Shown here piece after piece: positions 29,426 to 38,435 of a DNA stretch of 64,000 nt; positions within the stretch are counted from its first letter, which is position 1, and each line of letters starts with the position of its first letter. The position numbers and the translations under genes are program-made. The notes below the pieces were generated by a model. It was not told where the DNA came from, did no database searches, and saw only the letters and a program-made list of their open reading frames with translations. Source of the DNA: a virus; the IMG/VR virus record IMGVR_UViG_3300045988_182866. One strand, given 5' to 3'.

Positions 29426-29445
29426 AGTTTAATTATTAATAAAGT

Positions 29446-30159
29446 ATGGTTTCAACAACCCCTTATAAATTAATTTGTGAAATGCCTGATCCTTCCCGAA
29501 TGGATCCTTTACAAATATTATATGAAGAAGAAAGTCTTCACAAAGAACGGGCTTTATATTTGACTGGTCCTTATCTTGGTTCTGAAATTATTAATAGAAA
29601 TAATCGTTTATATCCAGCTGAAGAACTTCGCCGCGAAGTTAATCGCTATACTGAAGAAAAGATTAAATTTGGGCGTGCACTTGGAGAATTAAATCACCCC
29701 GAATCTGCTTCAGTTGATCTTGGAGCCGCTTGCCATTTGGTTGTTGAATTAAAGGAAGATAATAATGTTTGGTACGGCAAGTCTAAAGTTTTAGTTGGTA
29801 CGCCTAAAGGCGATCTTTTGAAATCTCTCCTTAATAATGGCGTTCAAGTTGGTATGTCTTCTCGCTGTCTTGGTCAGCTGACAGAAACATCTGAAGGATA
29901 TTCAAGAGTTTCAAATTTGCGCATGGTCGCCATAGATGCGGTTTCGGATCCAAGTTTTTCGAGCGCCTATGTAGACGGTATTTTAGAGTCTGCCCAGTTT
30001 GTTTGTGAATCTGACGGTTCTATTCGAATGGAAAAACTTTACGATGATACTAGTAAGAAATTTGCGAATCTTCCAGTTGGAGACCGAAACGACTATATTA
30101 AACGATCAGTGATTGACTTCCTTAAGAGCTTTAACGAAATTACTACAAATCGTAAATAA
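29446..30159 (+). CDS. Prohead core protein protease (T4 gp21-like).
   Basis: IINRNNRLYP, ALGELNHPES and GMSSRCLGQLTETSEGYSRVSN...AIDAV align with T4 gp21 (VNRNKRLYP, ALGELNHPPR, GVSSRGLGSLTDTNEGYRIVN...GVDAV). Confidence 0.8.
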   Translation: MVSTTPYKLICEMPDPSRMDPLQILYEEESLHKERALYLTGPYLGSEIINRNNRLYPAEELRREVNRYTEEKIKFGRALGELNHPESASVDLGAACHLVVELKEDNNVWYGKSKVLVGTPKGDLLKSLLNNGVQVGMSSRCLGQLTETSEGYSRVSNLRMVAIDAVSDPSFSSAYVDGILESAQFVCESDGSIRMEKLYDDTSKKFANLPVGDRNDYIKRSVIDFLKSFNEITTNRK

Positions 30160-30163
30160 CCTT

Positions 30164-30334
30164 ATGTCTAAGAAAACAAAGAAAGTAAAACAATTAGATA
30201 AAGATTGCTTATCTTTTGTACAGGCAATTTTAGAAGAAGACGCCAAATCTGCCGCTTCTGTACTAAAAACCATCGTTAAGAAAAATATCGCCAAGAAGCT
30301 TAAAAAGGCTGAACGCGAAACCGACTTATTTTAA
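30164..30334 (+). CDS. Small basic prohead core protein (gp68/gp67-like by position). The start is taken at the ATG at 30164.
   Basis: 56-aa K-rich ORF between the protease and the scaffold, the position the core proteins hold in T4. Position-based only. Confidence 0.3.
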   Translation: MSKKTKKVKQLDKDCLSFVQAILEEDAKSAASVLKTIVKKNIAKKLKKAERETDLF

Positions 30335-30343
30335 TAATAGAAT

Positions 30344-31213
30344 ATGAAAATTCCCGAAAGTTTAAAGAATGTTTTATCGGAAGCCGATCTTGCCGATATT
30401 AAAAAAGAATTTGACAAGCAGGTTCAAATTCAAGTAGAATCTGCACTTCATCAATATGACGATGAAGCTGAAAAGCGAATTTTAGAACTCGTCAAGCAGA
30501 TTGATGAAAACCATAAGGTAAAGTTGGTTAATCTTCTTAAGAAGAAAGACGCTAAAGATAAGGCTTTGCTTGAATCAATTAAAGCCAAATATACTGAAGC
30601 TCTTCGAACAGATGCTGAAAAGTTCAAAGCTTCCCTTGCCAAAAATATCGAACGATTCATTGAATCTAAAATTGGCAATATTGTAGATTATTCTATTATC
30701 AAAGAGGCTGCCCTTAATAATACGGCCCGCATTGTTCTTGAAGGCCTTCGCACTCAGCTTGGCGTTGATTCCGCTTTAATGAAGGAATCTATTTCCGGCC
30801 CAATTCTTGAAGCTCGTGAAAAAATGACCAAAGCTCTTTCTTATATTAAAAAGCTTAAAGAAGAAAACCAGCGCCTTGAAGAATCTCTTTATAATTCCGA
30901 GGCTAATCTTTTGATTGAATCCAGGACTGCCAAGCTGCCGGAAGCTGAAGCCTCTCATATGAAACGCATGCTTCATGGCAAGGATATTAAGTTCATTAAT
31001 GAAAATTTCAATTATATTTTAGATCTTTATAGGCAAGGTCAAGAAAAGAAACGTACTGTTCTTAAGGAAGAAGCCCTGAAGGTACGAGATAAGAAAAAGC
31101 TTCCGACCGAACCCCGCCGTACAAAAGATCTAATGACAGAAAACTCTTCTAATAACTCCGGTTTCTCTCTTATTGATGAAATTGCTGCCGAAATGGCGTC
31201 TTCTGATTATTAA
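30344..31213 (+). CDS. Prohead scaffolding protein (gp22-like).
   Basis: 289-aa helical, coiled-coil-rich, highly charged protein immediately upstream of the major capsid gene, as in T4. Confidence 0.5.
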   Translation: MKIPESLKNVLSEADLADIKKEFDKQVQIQVESALHQYDDEAEKRILELVKQIDENHKVKLVNLLKKKDAKDKALLESIKAKYTEALRTDAEKFKASLAKNIERFIESKIGNIVDYSIIKEAALNNTARIVLEGLRTQLGVDSALMKESISGPILEAREKMTKALSYIKKLKEENQRLEESLYNSEANLLIESRTAKLPEAEASHMKRMLHGKDIKFINENFNYILDLYRQGQEKKRTVLKEEALKVRDKKKLPTEPRRTKDLMTENSSNNSGFSLIDEIAAEMASSDY

Positions 31214-31361
31214 GAGTTGCTTTAAAAACCTAAATATCAATTGTTATTAGAGTATAACCAAAGAAATTAACTATACAATTTTCAAGCATCAGTTAATTTA
31301 ATCTTACGGACAAGAATTCCGTCTCCTCAAAAATCGCTTGATATTCAAGCAAAAACAAAGA

Positions 31362-31367
31362 TAAATT
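31362..31367 (+). promoter_or_regulatory. Late-promoter-like TAAATT element upstream of the MCP gene.
   Basis: gataaattaatataatttttATG. Confidence 0.25.
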
Positions 31368-31379
31368 AATATAATTTTT

Positions 31380-33290
31380 ATGAAAAAGACTCAACAAGTA
31401 CAAACTCAGTCTGTTGGCGCTGCTGTTCAGCAGAACAAGCAGTTCTATCAGAACTGTGTGAATAAGTGGAAGAAGCTGCTCGTTTCTGAACACGTTGCTC
31501 CTATTGAAAATAAGCATACGCGTGCCGTTACAGCTGTTCTTCTTGAAAACCAGGCTAACGCCCTGATGGAAGATATGAACCCGAACAGCTCCAGCATTTG
31601 GGGTGCCAACGCCTCTTTTGGTGGTGCGATTACTCAAGGCGATACCTATGCGAAGGGCGACAATCGTTTACCGAAGATTCTTCTTCCGATGATTCGTCGT
31701 ACGTTCCCGGAACTTATTTCCAATGAAGTTGTCGGTGTCCAGCCGATGTCCGGACCTGTTTCCCTTGCGTTTGCTATTCGTTATCGCTATGACCAAGGGC
31801 CTCTTCATGAAGCTCGTTCTTCCGGTACGCTGACTAAGCCGCCTACGGCTGGACCTCAATACGGTGTGAATACTTTCCGTGCCGAAGATACTGCCAATCC
31901 TCCGGCTCCTGCGGATATGAAGCAGCTTGAAGCTACGGTTAAGTCCCCTGGAACTGAAATGGGTTATAACTACCTCGACACTTCCTTTACTGGTCGTCGT
32001 AACAACCTCTTTAACCGTACGATCAATAAAGAAACGGGTGCTCCTTATACCGATGCTGATATTGTAACCACTTGGAATGCTTCTGATGCTGGTGCTACCT
32101 ATCGGATTAAGGCTGTTGCCGACCTTGTGATTATCTCCGGAGCTACTCCTGATGTTGAATTCACATTGTCCGACGGTACAACCAAGTATACAATTCTTGA
32201 CCATGATGAAGGTAAGAAAGCGATTGCTGCTGCGAATGCTCTCTTTAAGGCTACCCACATTGCCGGTGGTAAGTTTACATTCTCTGATCAGGACCTCGGT
32301 ACTGCCGCTCTCTTGGGTGACTATGAAGCTACTGGCCGTATTCCTCGTACGAAGTTTACCTTCGAGAAGAAAGCTGTTGAAGCTGGTACCCGCCGTATCG
32401 GTACCTCCTGGACGCTTGAACTCGAACAGGATATTCGTAACATGAACGGTATCGACATCGAACAGGAAGTTACTTCCATGATGTCCTACGAACTTCAGGC
32501 CGAAATTGACCGTGAAATGATTGTTCGTATGCTCTATGCCGCTCTTTCTGCTAATGAATATTCCTATTGGGATGGTTCTAAGGCTGATGCTCGTTGGATG
32601 GGTGAACGTGACCGCGCGTTTTATCAGTTCATCATTCAGATGGCTAACCGTATGGCTGTTCGTAACCGTCGTGGCCCAGCTAACTTCATTATCGCTACTC
32701 CGGATGTCTGCTCCTTATTGGAAACGCTTCCTCAGTATGCTATTATGGAAGTTAACGGTACGATCTCTACGGATAGTTCCGGTATTGCTAAGGTTGGTAC
32801 AATCGGTAATGGCCGATTCACTGTCTTCCGTGATACCCGTACGCCTGTTCAGAATAATTCCTGGATGAATAATTCCTGGGATAATCAAGGACAGTATACC
32901 ATTGGTGGAGAAGCTCGTACTCAGGGTATTCCGGACTTTGCTCTACTTGGCTATAAGGGTAGCGAATACTGGGACGCAGGCATTCTGTTTTGTCCGTACA
33001 TCCCAATACTCCTGCAAAGGGTTGTGGATCCTGTGTCGTTTGAACCTCAGGTTGGTTTAATGACCCGATATGGTGTTGTTGATAACCTTTTTGGCGCCAA
33101 TCTCTATTATCATGTCGTATTAATCGATACGCTCGGAAATAGCTTGCCGCCGTCTGGCGCTCCTGCCAATAACTGGCCTGGAACATTCCCGAATGGTTCC
33201 GCTCTTACTGATGTTCGTCAGCAAGGTGGTTATCCGGTTCAGGTTACCAACACTCCTGAAAATCCGGTTAATACGAAGCCTATTGCTTAA
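31380..33290 (+). CDS. Major capsid protein (T4 gp23-like).
   Basis: RLPKILLPMIRRTFPELISNEVVGVQPMSGPVSLAFAIRY, GPANFIIATPDVCSLLETL and GYKGSEYWDAGILFCPYIPIL...FEPQVGLMTRYGV align with gp23 (MGMVRRAIPNLIAFDICGVQPMNSPTGQVFALRAVY, GEGNFIIASRNVVNVLASV, GYKGPNEMDAGIYYAPYVAL...FQPVMGFKTRYGI). Codon usage has higher GC, typical of a highly expressed gene. Confidence 0.9.
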   Translation: MKKTQQVQTQSVGAAVQQNKQFYQNCVNKWKKLLVSEHVAPIENKHTRAVTAVLLENQANALMEDMNPNSSSIWGANASFGGAITQGDTYAKGDNRLPKILLPMIRRTFPELISNEVVGVQPMSGPVSLAFAIRYRYDQGPLHEARSSGTLTKPPTAGPQYGVNTFRAEDTANPPAPADMKQLEATVKSPGTEMGYNYLDTSFTGRRNNLFNRTINKETGAPYTDADIVTTWNASDAGATYRIKAVADLVIISGATPDVEFTLSDGTTKYTILDHDEGKKAIAAANALFKATHIAGGKFTFSDQDLGTAALLGDYEATGRIPRTKFTFEKKAVEAGTRRIGTSWTLELEQDIRNMNGIDIEQEVTSMMSYELQAEIDREMIVRMLYAALSANEYSYWDGSKADARWMGERDRAFYQFIIQMANRMAVRNRRGPANFIIATPDVCSLLETLPQYAIMEVNGTISTDSSGIAKVGTIGNGRFTVFRDTRTPVQNNSWMNNSWDNQGQYTIGGEARTQGIPDFALLGYKGSEYWDAGILFCPYIPILLQRVVDPVSFEPQVGLMTRYGVVDNLFGANLYYHVVLIDTLGNSLPPSGAPANNWPGTFPNGSALTDVRQQGGYPVQVTNTPENPVNTKPIA

Positions 33291-33314
33291 TAGGTTAAGC
33301 TAACCAAAACTTTA

Positions 33315-33352
33315 AAAATCCCGATGAGAATTGATCTCATCGGGATTTTTAT
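33315..33352 (+). terminator. Rho-independent terminator after the MCP gene.
   Basis: aaaatcccgatgaga/tctcatcgggatttt stem followed by a T-run. The ORF-track ATG at 33324 lies inside this hairpin and is unlikely to be a real start. Confidence 0.6.
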
Positions 33353-33431
33353 TTTATACCTGTCCAAACCACCTATTATTTTTCAGACATTTATTAAATT
33401 AAAAAAAAAGAATTTAATTTTAATTTATAAA

Positions 33432-34409
33432 ATGCCAAAGAAGCTTTCGCAAGAAGAATTTATTGAACGATGTAAAAAGAAACATAATAATTATTACAGT
33501 TATGATAAAACAGTTTATACTGGTATGAGCAATGATGACTATATTATTGTAACTTGCCCTATTCATGGTGACTTTAAACAACTGGCTGCCGGACATATAC
33601 GAGGAAAAGGCTGTAAAGATTGTGCCGGAACCATTACCAAAACTACTGAACAATTTATCATAGACGCCAGAAAAGTTCATGGAGATGAATATGATTATTC
33701 AAAATCAAAATATATTAATGCAATGACATATATTGAAATCATTTGTCGAAAACATGGTTCATTCTGGCAAAAACCTAATACTCATTTAATCGGCAAAGGA
33801 TGTTTTGAATGTTATGGCTCTAAAATGCTAACACAGGAAGAGTTTATCAATCGCTGTATTGAAAAACATAATGGGTTTTATATCTATGACAAAACAGTTT
33901 ATACAGGTTGTAATTATACAATTACCATTACTTGTCCTGTCCATGGCGATTTTCAACAAAAAGCAGGAGCCCATTTATATGGGCAAGGATGCAGTCAATG
34001 TGCTCATTTAATTTCTACTCAAGAGCTTGAACTTAGAGAATTTCTCGGAACAATTTATGAAAATGAAATGATTTTTAATTCAAGAGCTTTTATTAAGCCC
34101 AAAGAATTAGACATTTACCTTCCTGATATAAAAACTGCCTTTGAATATAATGGGAATTATTGGCATGCTCTATATGAAGAAAATGATCCAGGGTACCATG
34201 ACTATAAAAGGCAACTTTGTAAAAATGCCGGAATTACTTTAATTGAAGTATGGGGAAATGACTGGACTGAATTTAATAAAGAAACCAAAAATGAAATTAA
34301 AGATTTTTTCTCAGCAAAAAGGTTAAAAGAGTATAAGCATATACAGATAAGCAATGCCGAAGAAGCAAACATTAGAAGAATTTATCAAGAAATCAAATAT
34401 TGCCCATAA
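33432..34409 (+). CDS. Homing-endonuclease-like protein with zinc-ribbon repeats and a PD-(D/E)XK nuclease domain; paralog of 17743-18672.
   Basis: Starts MPKKLSQEEF. Three CPIHGDF...GxGCxxC repeats, then ELDIYLPDIKTAFEYNGNYWHAL...GITLIEVWGNDW. The ORF track extends the start to 33324, inside the terminator. Confidence 0.6.
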   Translation: MPKKLSQEEFIERCKKKHNNYYSYDKTVYTGMSNDDYIIVTCPIHGDFKQLAAGHIRGKGCKDCAGTITKTTEQFIIDARKVHGDEYDYSKSKYINAMTYIEIICRKHGSFWQKPNTHLIGKGCFECYGSKMLTQEEFINRCIEKHNGFYIYDKTVYTGCNYTITITCPVHGDFQQKAGAHLYGQGCSQCAHLISTQELELREFLGTIYENEMIFNSRAFIKPKELDIYLPDIKTAFEYNGNYWHALYEENDPGYHDYKRQLCKNAGITLIEVWGNDWTEFNKETKNEIKDFFSAKRLKEYKHIQISNAEEANIRRIYQEIKYCP

Positions 34410-35004
34410 TTTCAAGTACAACTATGATAAATCAATTTATATCAACAAACAAACAAAAGTAATCGTAATATGCCCGGAACATGGAGATTTTGAGGTTACT
34501 CCAGGCGCTCATTATATTTTAAAAAGCGGATGTCCAGAATGTGCAAAAATATCTCGTTCCAAAACAAAATCAAAAGGATTAGAAAAGTTCATTAAACAAG
34601 CTAATCTAAAGTGGAATAGCTTTTATAATTATTCCAAAGTCAACTATATCAATAATTATACTAAAGTAGAAATTATTTGTCCAATTCATGGTTCATTTTT
34701 TAAAGATCCTAGATCTCATATTGACCCACAAAGATATGGAGGCTGCCAAAGCTGTTCAAAAGAAAGACTTAGCAAAATAATATCTAAAGTTCAGCAGCAA
34801 AAACCAAAAGGGACAAATAGAGAAGCTTTTATTGACTATTGTAATGGCATTCATAATAACAAATATTCTTATGATAAAATGAATTATGTGAATATGATGA
34901 CTCCAATTGAAATCATATGTCCTATTCATGGAACTTTTACTCAAGATTGTTTCTTTAGACCAGAAAAAATAGATATACAAAAGAAACTCTTGAATTTTGC
35001 TTAA
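34354..35004 (+). CDS. Truncated paralog of the homing-endonuclease-like family: zinc-ribbon repeats only, no nuclease domain. It may be a decaying copy.
   Basis: Starts MPKKQTLEEF, like the upstream copy, and overlaps that copy's 3' end in another frame. Two CPxHGxF...GCxxC repeats and a third incomplete one (CPIHGTF only); then the ORF ends. Confidence 0.4.
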   Translation: MPKKQTLEEFIKKSNIAHNFKYNYDKSIYINKQTKVIVICPEHGDFEVTPGAHYILKSGCPECAKISRSKTKSKGLEKFIKQANLKWNSFYNYSKVNYINNYTKVEIICPIHGSFFKDPRSHIDPQRYGGCQSCSKERLSKIISKVQQQKPKGTNREAFIDYCNGIHNNKYSYDKMNYVNMMTPIEIICPIHGTFTQDCFFRPEKIDIQKKLLNFA

Positions 35005-35213
35005 TAAAATAAAGAGTAGAGGCTATAATGGTGTAGCCAATTATTAAACATAATAAACTAATTTTAATAATTTTTAATAAAATTAGAAACCATGACAATT
35101 TGCTCATTTAATAGTAACTTTTTCAAATTCAAACCTGATTTTGATCTCGGATTCAAATATGATTTTGAACTCGAATTCGAATTTTAAATTATTCATTAAA
35201 ACAATTTAACCTT

Positions 35214-35255
35214 AAAAAAGGCTTAGGCAGAAACTAATCTGCCTAAGCCTTTTTA
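35214..35255 (+). terminator. Rho-independent terminator.
   Basis: aaaaaggcttaggcag/ctgcctaagccttttt stem followed by a T-run. Confidence 0.55.
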
Positions 35256-35295
35256 TTTTAAGCGCAGTCTAATCATCTGCCTATCTAAAGTAATT

Positions 35296-35301
35296 TAAAT
35301 A
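35296..35301 (+). promoter_or_regulatory. Late-promoter-like TAAATA element.
   Basis: atttaaatattcatattATG. Confidence 0.3.
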
Positions 35302-35309
35302 TTCATATT

Positions 35310-36644
35310 ATGCAAAAAGATGTTACGCAAGGCAAAAGTTATTGCCTCACTGTTTATTCTGTTCCATGTAAAGTAACAGCAATTGGTGAAAATAATATAG
35401 AATATACTCTATTAAATGTTTCTGAAACTGGACAATATTTGTTTATTGCTCCTACTTGGAAAGTTAATATTTCTCAAGATGACGCATCTATCGTTGAAAC
35501 TTTTAATTTAGCCGGAACCGGTAAAGTTGGCGGATCTGGTTCCGGCTCTGACCCAACTTATGGATTTTTAAAAATTATATTTGTCGATGCTCTTCCTCCT
35601 ATTTCTGAAGCAAAAGAAAATACTTTATATTTTGTTCCTAAAAATGGTTCAGCCCCTGATAATTATGATGAATATATTTTTGACCCGGTTAATCAACAAT
35701 TTGAATTAGTAGGTCAAAGTGCTATCGATACATCTGATTTTGCAAAACTTTCCTCTACAAATATCTTTTTAGCTCCTAATACTTTTAATGAAATTATTAC
35801 TTTTAAAAAGGGCTTAAAAGTTTCAGAATCTGGACCTGTAATTACATCAAATGATACCACTCTTAATTTGCCAAACACTAGTACACCTTTATTAAAAGCA
35901 CAAGGTCTAATTTTAACTGGAGTAAGTACATTTAATAATGAAATAAGAGTTCCTACTATAGCTGGTTTAACTTCAACACCAATTAAGGTAACTAGTGCTG
36001 TTAATTTTAATAAACCGATTAAATTTAATGATACCATACGGGTTGAAACCGGGAAGATTGACCCCGGCAAGTTCGGCAACACCTGGACGTTCGGCTCGCT
36101 GATTGATTCCCCCACGACTGCCGACAACAACAATCACCGGTTGTGCTGCAAATCCACCTCCGACAACGGGGCCTACATCATCTACCACGAGCGGGTGATC
36201 AACGGCGCATGGATGAAAGATAAGATTATTCCCGCCTGCCAGTTCGATTTTACCTGGCACAACGACGCTTCCATTCTTGTCAAAACCCCCACCAAAGCGG
36301 AACAGGCTGCCAATAAGAATTATGTAGATACCCAAATAAGTACAATTTCTCAGTTTGATTCTTCAAGTGATCAAACTATTTCCGGTACTTGGAAATTTTC
36401 TAAGCCTTTAAAAATTACAGAAGCACAACTTACAGATGAAGCTGTAAGTAAAGGTTATGTTGATGAGACAATTCAACAAAATCTCAATACAACATTAGAA
36501 GGTGTTATTAAGTTTGTTTCCATGACAAAAGCTGAATATAAAGCATTAGAAACAAAATCACCGTCAACCATTTATCATTTGACTGATGTTTCTATGTGGG
36601 CTATTGGTGACCAAGAGATTGTTACATCGAACATGCCTGCATAA
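35310..36644 (+). CDS. Tail fiber or collar-fiber-like protein containing a high-GC in-frame mosaic segment.
   Basis: Tail-fiber repeat signatures AANKNYVDTQI and DEAVSKGYVDETIQ; Gly/Ser-rich linkers. Residues encoded by about 36036-36315 come from a roughly 55% GC patch. Confidence 0.55.
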   Translation: MQKDVTQGKSYCLTVYSVPCKVTAIGENNIEYTLLNVSETGQYLFIAPTWKVNISQDDASIVETFNLAGTGKVGGSGSGSDPTYGFLKIIFVDALPPISEAKENTLYFVPKNGSAPDNYDEYIFDPVNQQFELVGQSAIDTSDFAKLSSTNIFLAPNTFNEIITFKKGLKVSESGPVITSNDTTLNLPNTSTPLLKAQGLILTGVSTFNNEIRVPTIAGLTSTPIKVTSAVNFNKPIKFNDTIRVETGKIDPGKFGNTWTFGSLIDSPTTADNNNHRLCCKSTSDNGAYIIYHERVINGAWMKDKIIPACQFDFTWHNDASILVKTPTKAEQAANKNYVDTQISTISQFDSSSDQTISGTWKFSKPLKITEAQLTDEAVSKGYVDETIQQNLNTTLEGVIKFVSMTKAEYKALETKSPSTIYHLTDVSMWAIGDQEIVTSNMPA

Positions 36645-36696
36645 TAAAACAATTTAATTTTATAACTGTATGATGCTAATTTAAATAAAGGTAATT

Positions 36697-37005
36697 ATGG
36701 CTTTACCTCCAACATTTAAAGTAGATGTCTTTTCCGATGTAGGTTGGAAAACAAATCAATTTGCATTAATTGCAGAAGCTTCAACTTACGATGAAATGAA
36801 AGTTGCAATTACAAATAATGTAAAGGGAAAAAAGACAATCGATGAAACGCCTAAACCGGCTAGTCTTTCTCTTCGAGTACATTGTTATGATGGTGTTGCA
36901 ACCTTTGATTTCGATCAAACTGATGAGGGAGCATTCACTTTAAAATTTTCTGTTTGGGCTGAAATCGGTTTTCAAGCAGAAATTACAACTTTAATTAATT
37001 CTTAA
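36697..37005 (+). CDS. Hypothetical protein, 102 aa.
   Basis: ORF only. Confidence 0.35.
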   Translation: MALPPTFKVDVFSDVGWKTNQFALIAEASTYDEMKVAITNNVKGKKTIDETPKPASLSLRVHCYDGVATFDFDQTDEGAFTLKFSVWAEIGFQAEITTLINS

Positions 37006-37006
37006 G

Positions 37007-37267
37007 ATGTCAGTTTCTGAAGATGAGTTATTGGGTAAATTTATCGATCGCTACATGAAAAAAGCGATCGATAATTTAATTTTTAAACTAGAATCCAAGT
37101 ATAATGTTGAATTAAGTGAAAGTTCAACTTTAGAAGTTGTATTATTAAGTTCCGATTTTATTAATCGAATTTCTCAAGTAATTGAAAGTGAACAATTAAG
37201 AGAACCTGAAGCATTTGAGAATGAACCAAATGACCAATCTGGAAATTATCGATATAAAAAATACTAA
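37007..37267 (+). CDS. Hypothetical protein, 86 aa.
   Basis: ORF only; packed 1 nt after the previous gene. Confidence 0.35.
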   Translation: MSVSEDELLGKFIDRYMKKAIDNLIFKLESKYNVELSESSTLEVVLLSSDFINRISQVIESEQLREPEAFENEPNDQSGNYRYKKY

Positions 37268-37280
37268 TAAATATTAATTA

Positions 37281-37505
37281 ATGAATACTAATGGTTTAAG
37301 ATTAGATGAGCATGGTCGAGTTGTTCTTTGCGGAGATAAGATTTGCTGTGCTAATTTAGAAAGATGTGGAGACGGTAGGTATAAACTTACCGATGACAAT
37401 GGTAATTTCTGCTATATTACTGCTCAAGAAGCTGCATTAATGGAAGCTGGAATTAAAGCTTGCGATAATCAACCCGTAGTTAAAGAACAACTTATTTTAG
37501 GCTAA
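37281..37505 (+). CDS. Small Cys-rich protein, 74 aa.
   Basis: CGDKICCANLERCGDG... may bind metal. Confidence 0.3.
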   Translation: MNTNGLRLDEHGRVVLCGDKICCANLERCGDGRYKLTDDNGNFCYITAQEAALMEAGIKACDNQPVVKEQLILG

Positions 37506-37506
37506 T

Positions 37507-37836
37507 ATGTATTACGGTATTGATGGTCTTACTGAAATTATAGAAGAGATGCTTAATGATGAACCATCTCAAATGAGTGACACTGAATCTCTAGTTTATA
37601 ATTTTATTCAAAATCCTTATATAAGTCGGTTAGTTCGAAGTGGAGATGGCATTGAGATTAATAAATCTCCTGTTCGGGGAACTAATGTTGAAATGATTTT
37701 TAGATCTTTAAATTCCGACGGTAAAACAAAAATTAAAAAACGGGATATTGAGTATGCAGTTCTTGACTTATTGGCCGATGACAAAATCAAATTTGCCCGT
37801 ATGAACGGCGGATTCTTTTTGGTTCCTCGAGAATAA
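37507..37836 (+). CDS. Hypothetical protein, 109 aa.
   Basis: ORF only. Confidence 0.35.
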   Translation: MYYGIDGLTEIIEEMLNDEPSQMSDTESLVYNFIQNPYISRLVRSGDGIEINKSPVRGTNVEMIFRSLNSDGKTKIKKRDIEYAVLDLLADDKIKFARMNGGFFLVPRE

Positions 37837-38126
37837 TGACTGAATTTTTTGCAGCATTAGGTATAGCCTTAATTATTAAACAAGGACGAATCTTCAAAGA
37901 AGTTCGTTCTTTTTTAATTTCTAAATTTCCAATATTTCAAGATTTCTTTTCTTGCTTAATGTGTATTGGATTTTGGACTGGCTTATTTATTGGAATCATT
38001 ACTGAAAAGTCTTTAATAGATTTAATACTATTCAGCTTTTCTTGCTCATTTTTTGGGCTAATATTTCAAACAATTTTGACTTTCCTTGAAAAGATATTTT
38101 TAAAATACTTTAAAGATATTTCTTAG
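37836..38126 (+). CDS. Small membrane protein, 96 aa.
   Basis: Two or three hydrophobic helices (ALGIALIIK..., CLMCIGFWTGLFIGIIT..., LILFSFSCSFFGLIFQTIL). Confidence 0.35.
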   Translation: MTEFFAALGIALIIKQGRIFKEVRSFLISKFPIFQDFFSCLMCIGFWTGLFIGIITEKSLIDLILFSFSCSFFGLIFQTILTFLEKIFLKYFKDIS

Positions 38127-38195
38127 ATTAGAATAAAATGAAAGTGGTTAACTCTATTAAATGTAAATTTAATCTTATAAATCAAATTTAGAAAA

Positions 38196-38435
38196 TTGGA
38201 GTTAATCTTTCAAAATCACCTCAACTTTTTAAGAATAAAACCAATATTAAAGAAAATGGACTTTTTTAATAAGTGTTCTTGTAATCCTCGGACTGTTACT
38301 AAATGGACAGTTTATAAAGAAGGTTCTTATTTCATTTATAAATGTACTGAATGTGGAAACTCCTTTAAACGTCCAGTTAATTGGGAAACAATCCAGAAGG
38401 ATAAAATGAAAAATTTAATGAAGCATGGAAGATAA
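38196..38435 (+). CDS. Small zinc-ribbon protein, 79 aa.
   Basis: CSCN...18 aa...CTECGN, two CxxC-like pairs. Confidence 0.3.
   Translation: MELIFQNHLNFLRIKPILKKMDFFNKCSCNPRTVTKWTVYKEGSYFIYKCTECGNSFKRPVNWETIQKDKMKNLMKHGR

Noticed and set aside
31668-33186. Several ORF-track ORFs inside or antisense to the major capsid gene (31668-32258 -, 32152-32445 +, 32521-32868 +, 32818-33186 -).
   Set aside because: They are shadow ORFs produced by the GC-richer, codon-biased MCP gene. The MCP frame has unambiguous gp23 homology.
35130-35190. Tandem 24-bp direct repeat (tgattttgatctcggattcaaata / tgattttgaactcgaattcgaatt) in the intergenic region before the second tail-fiber gene.
   Set aside because: Only two imperfect copies; probably a local duplication or weak regulatory element. 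Noted but not called a feature.
36036-36315. Diversity-generating retroelement (DGR) variable region in the tail fiber.
   Set aside because: The window contains no reverse transcriptase ORF (no YxDD-containing protein of about 300-400 aa) and no second template-repeat copy of this GC-rich sequence. A recombinational mosaic is the simpler explanation.
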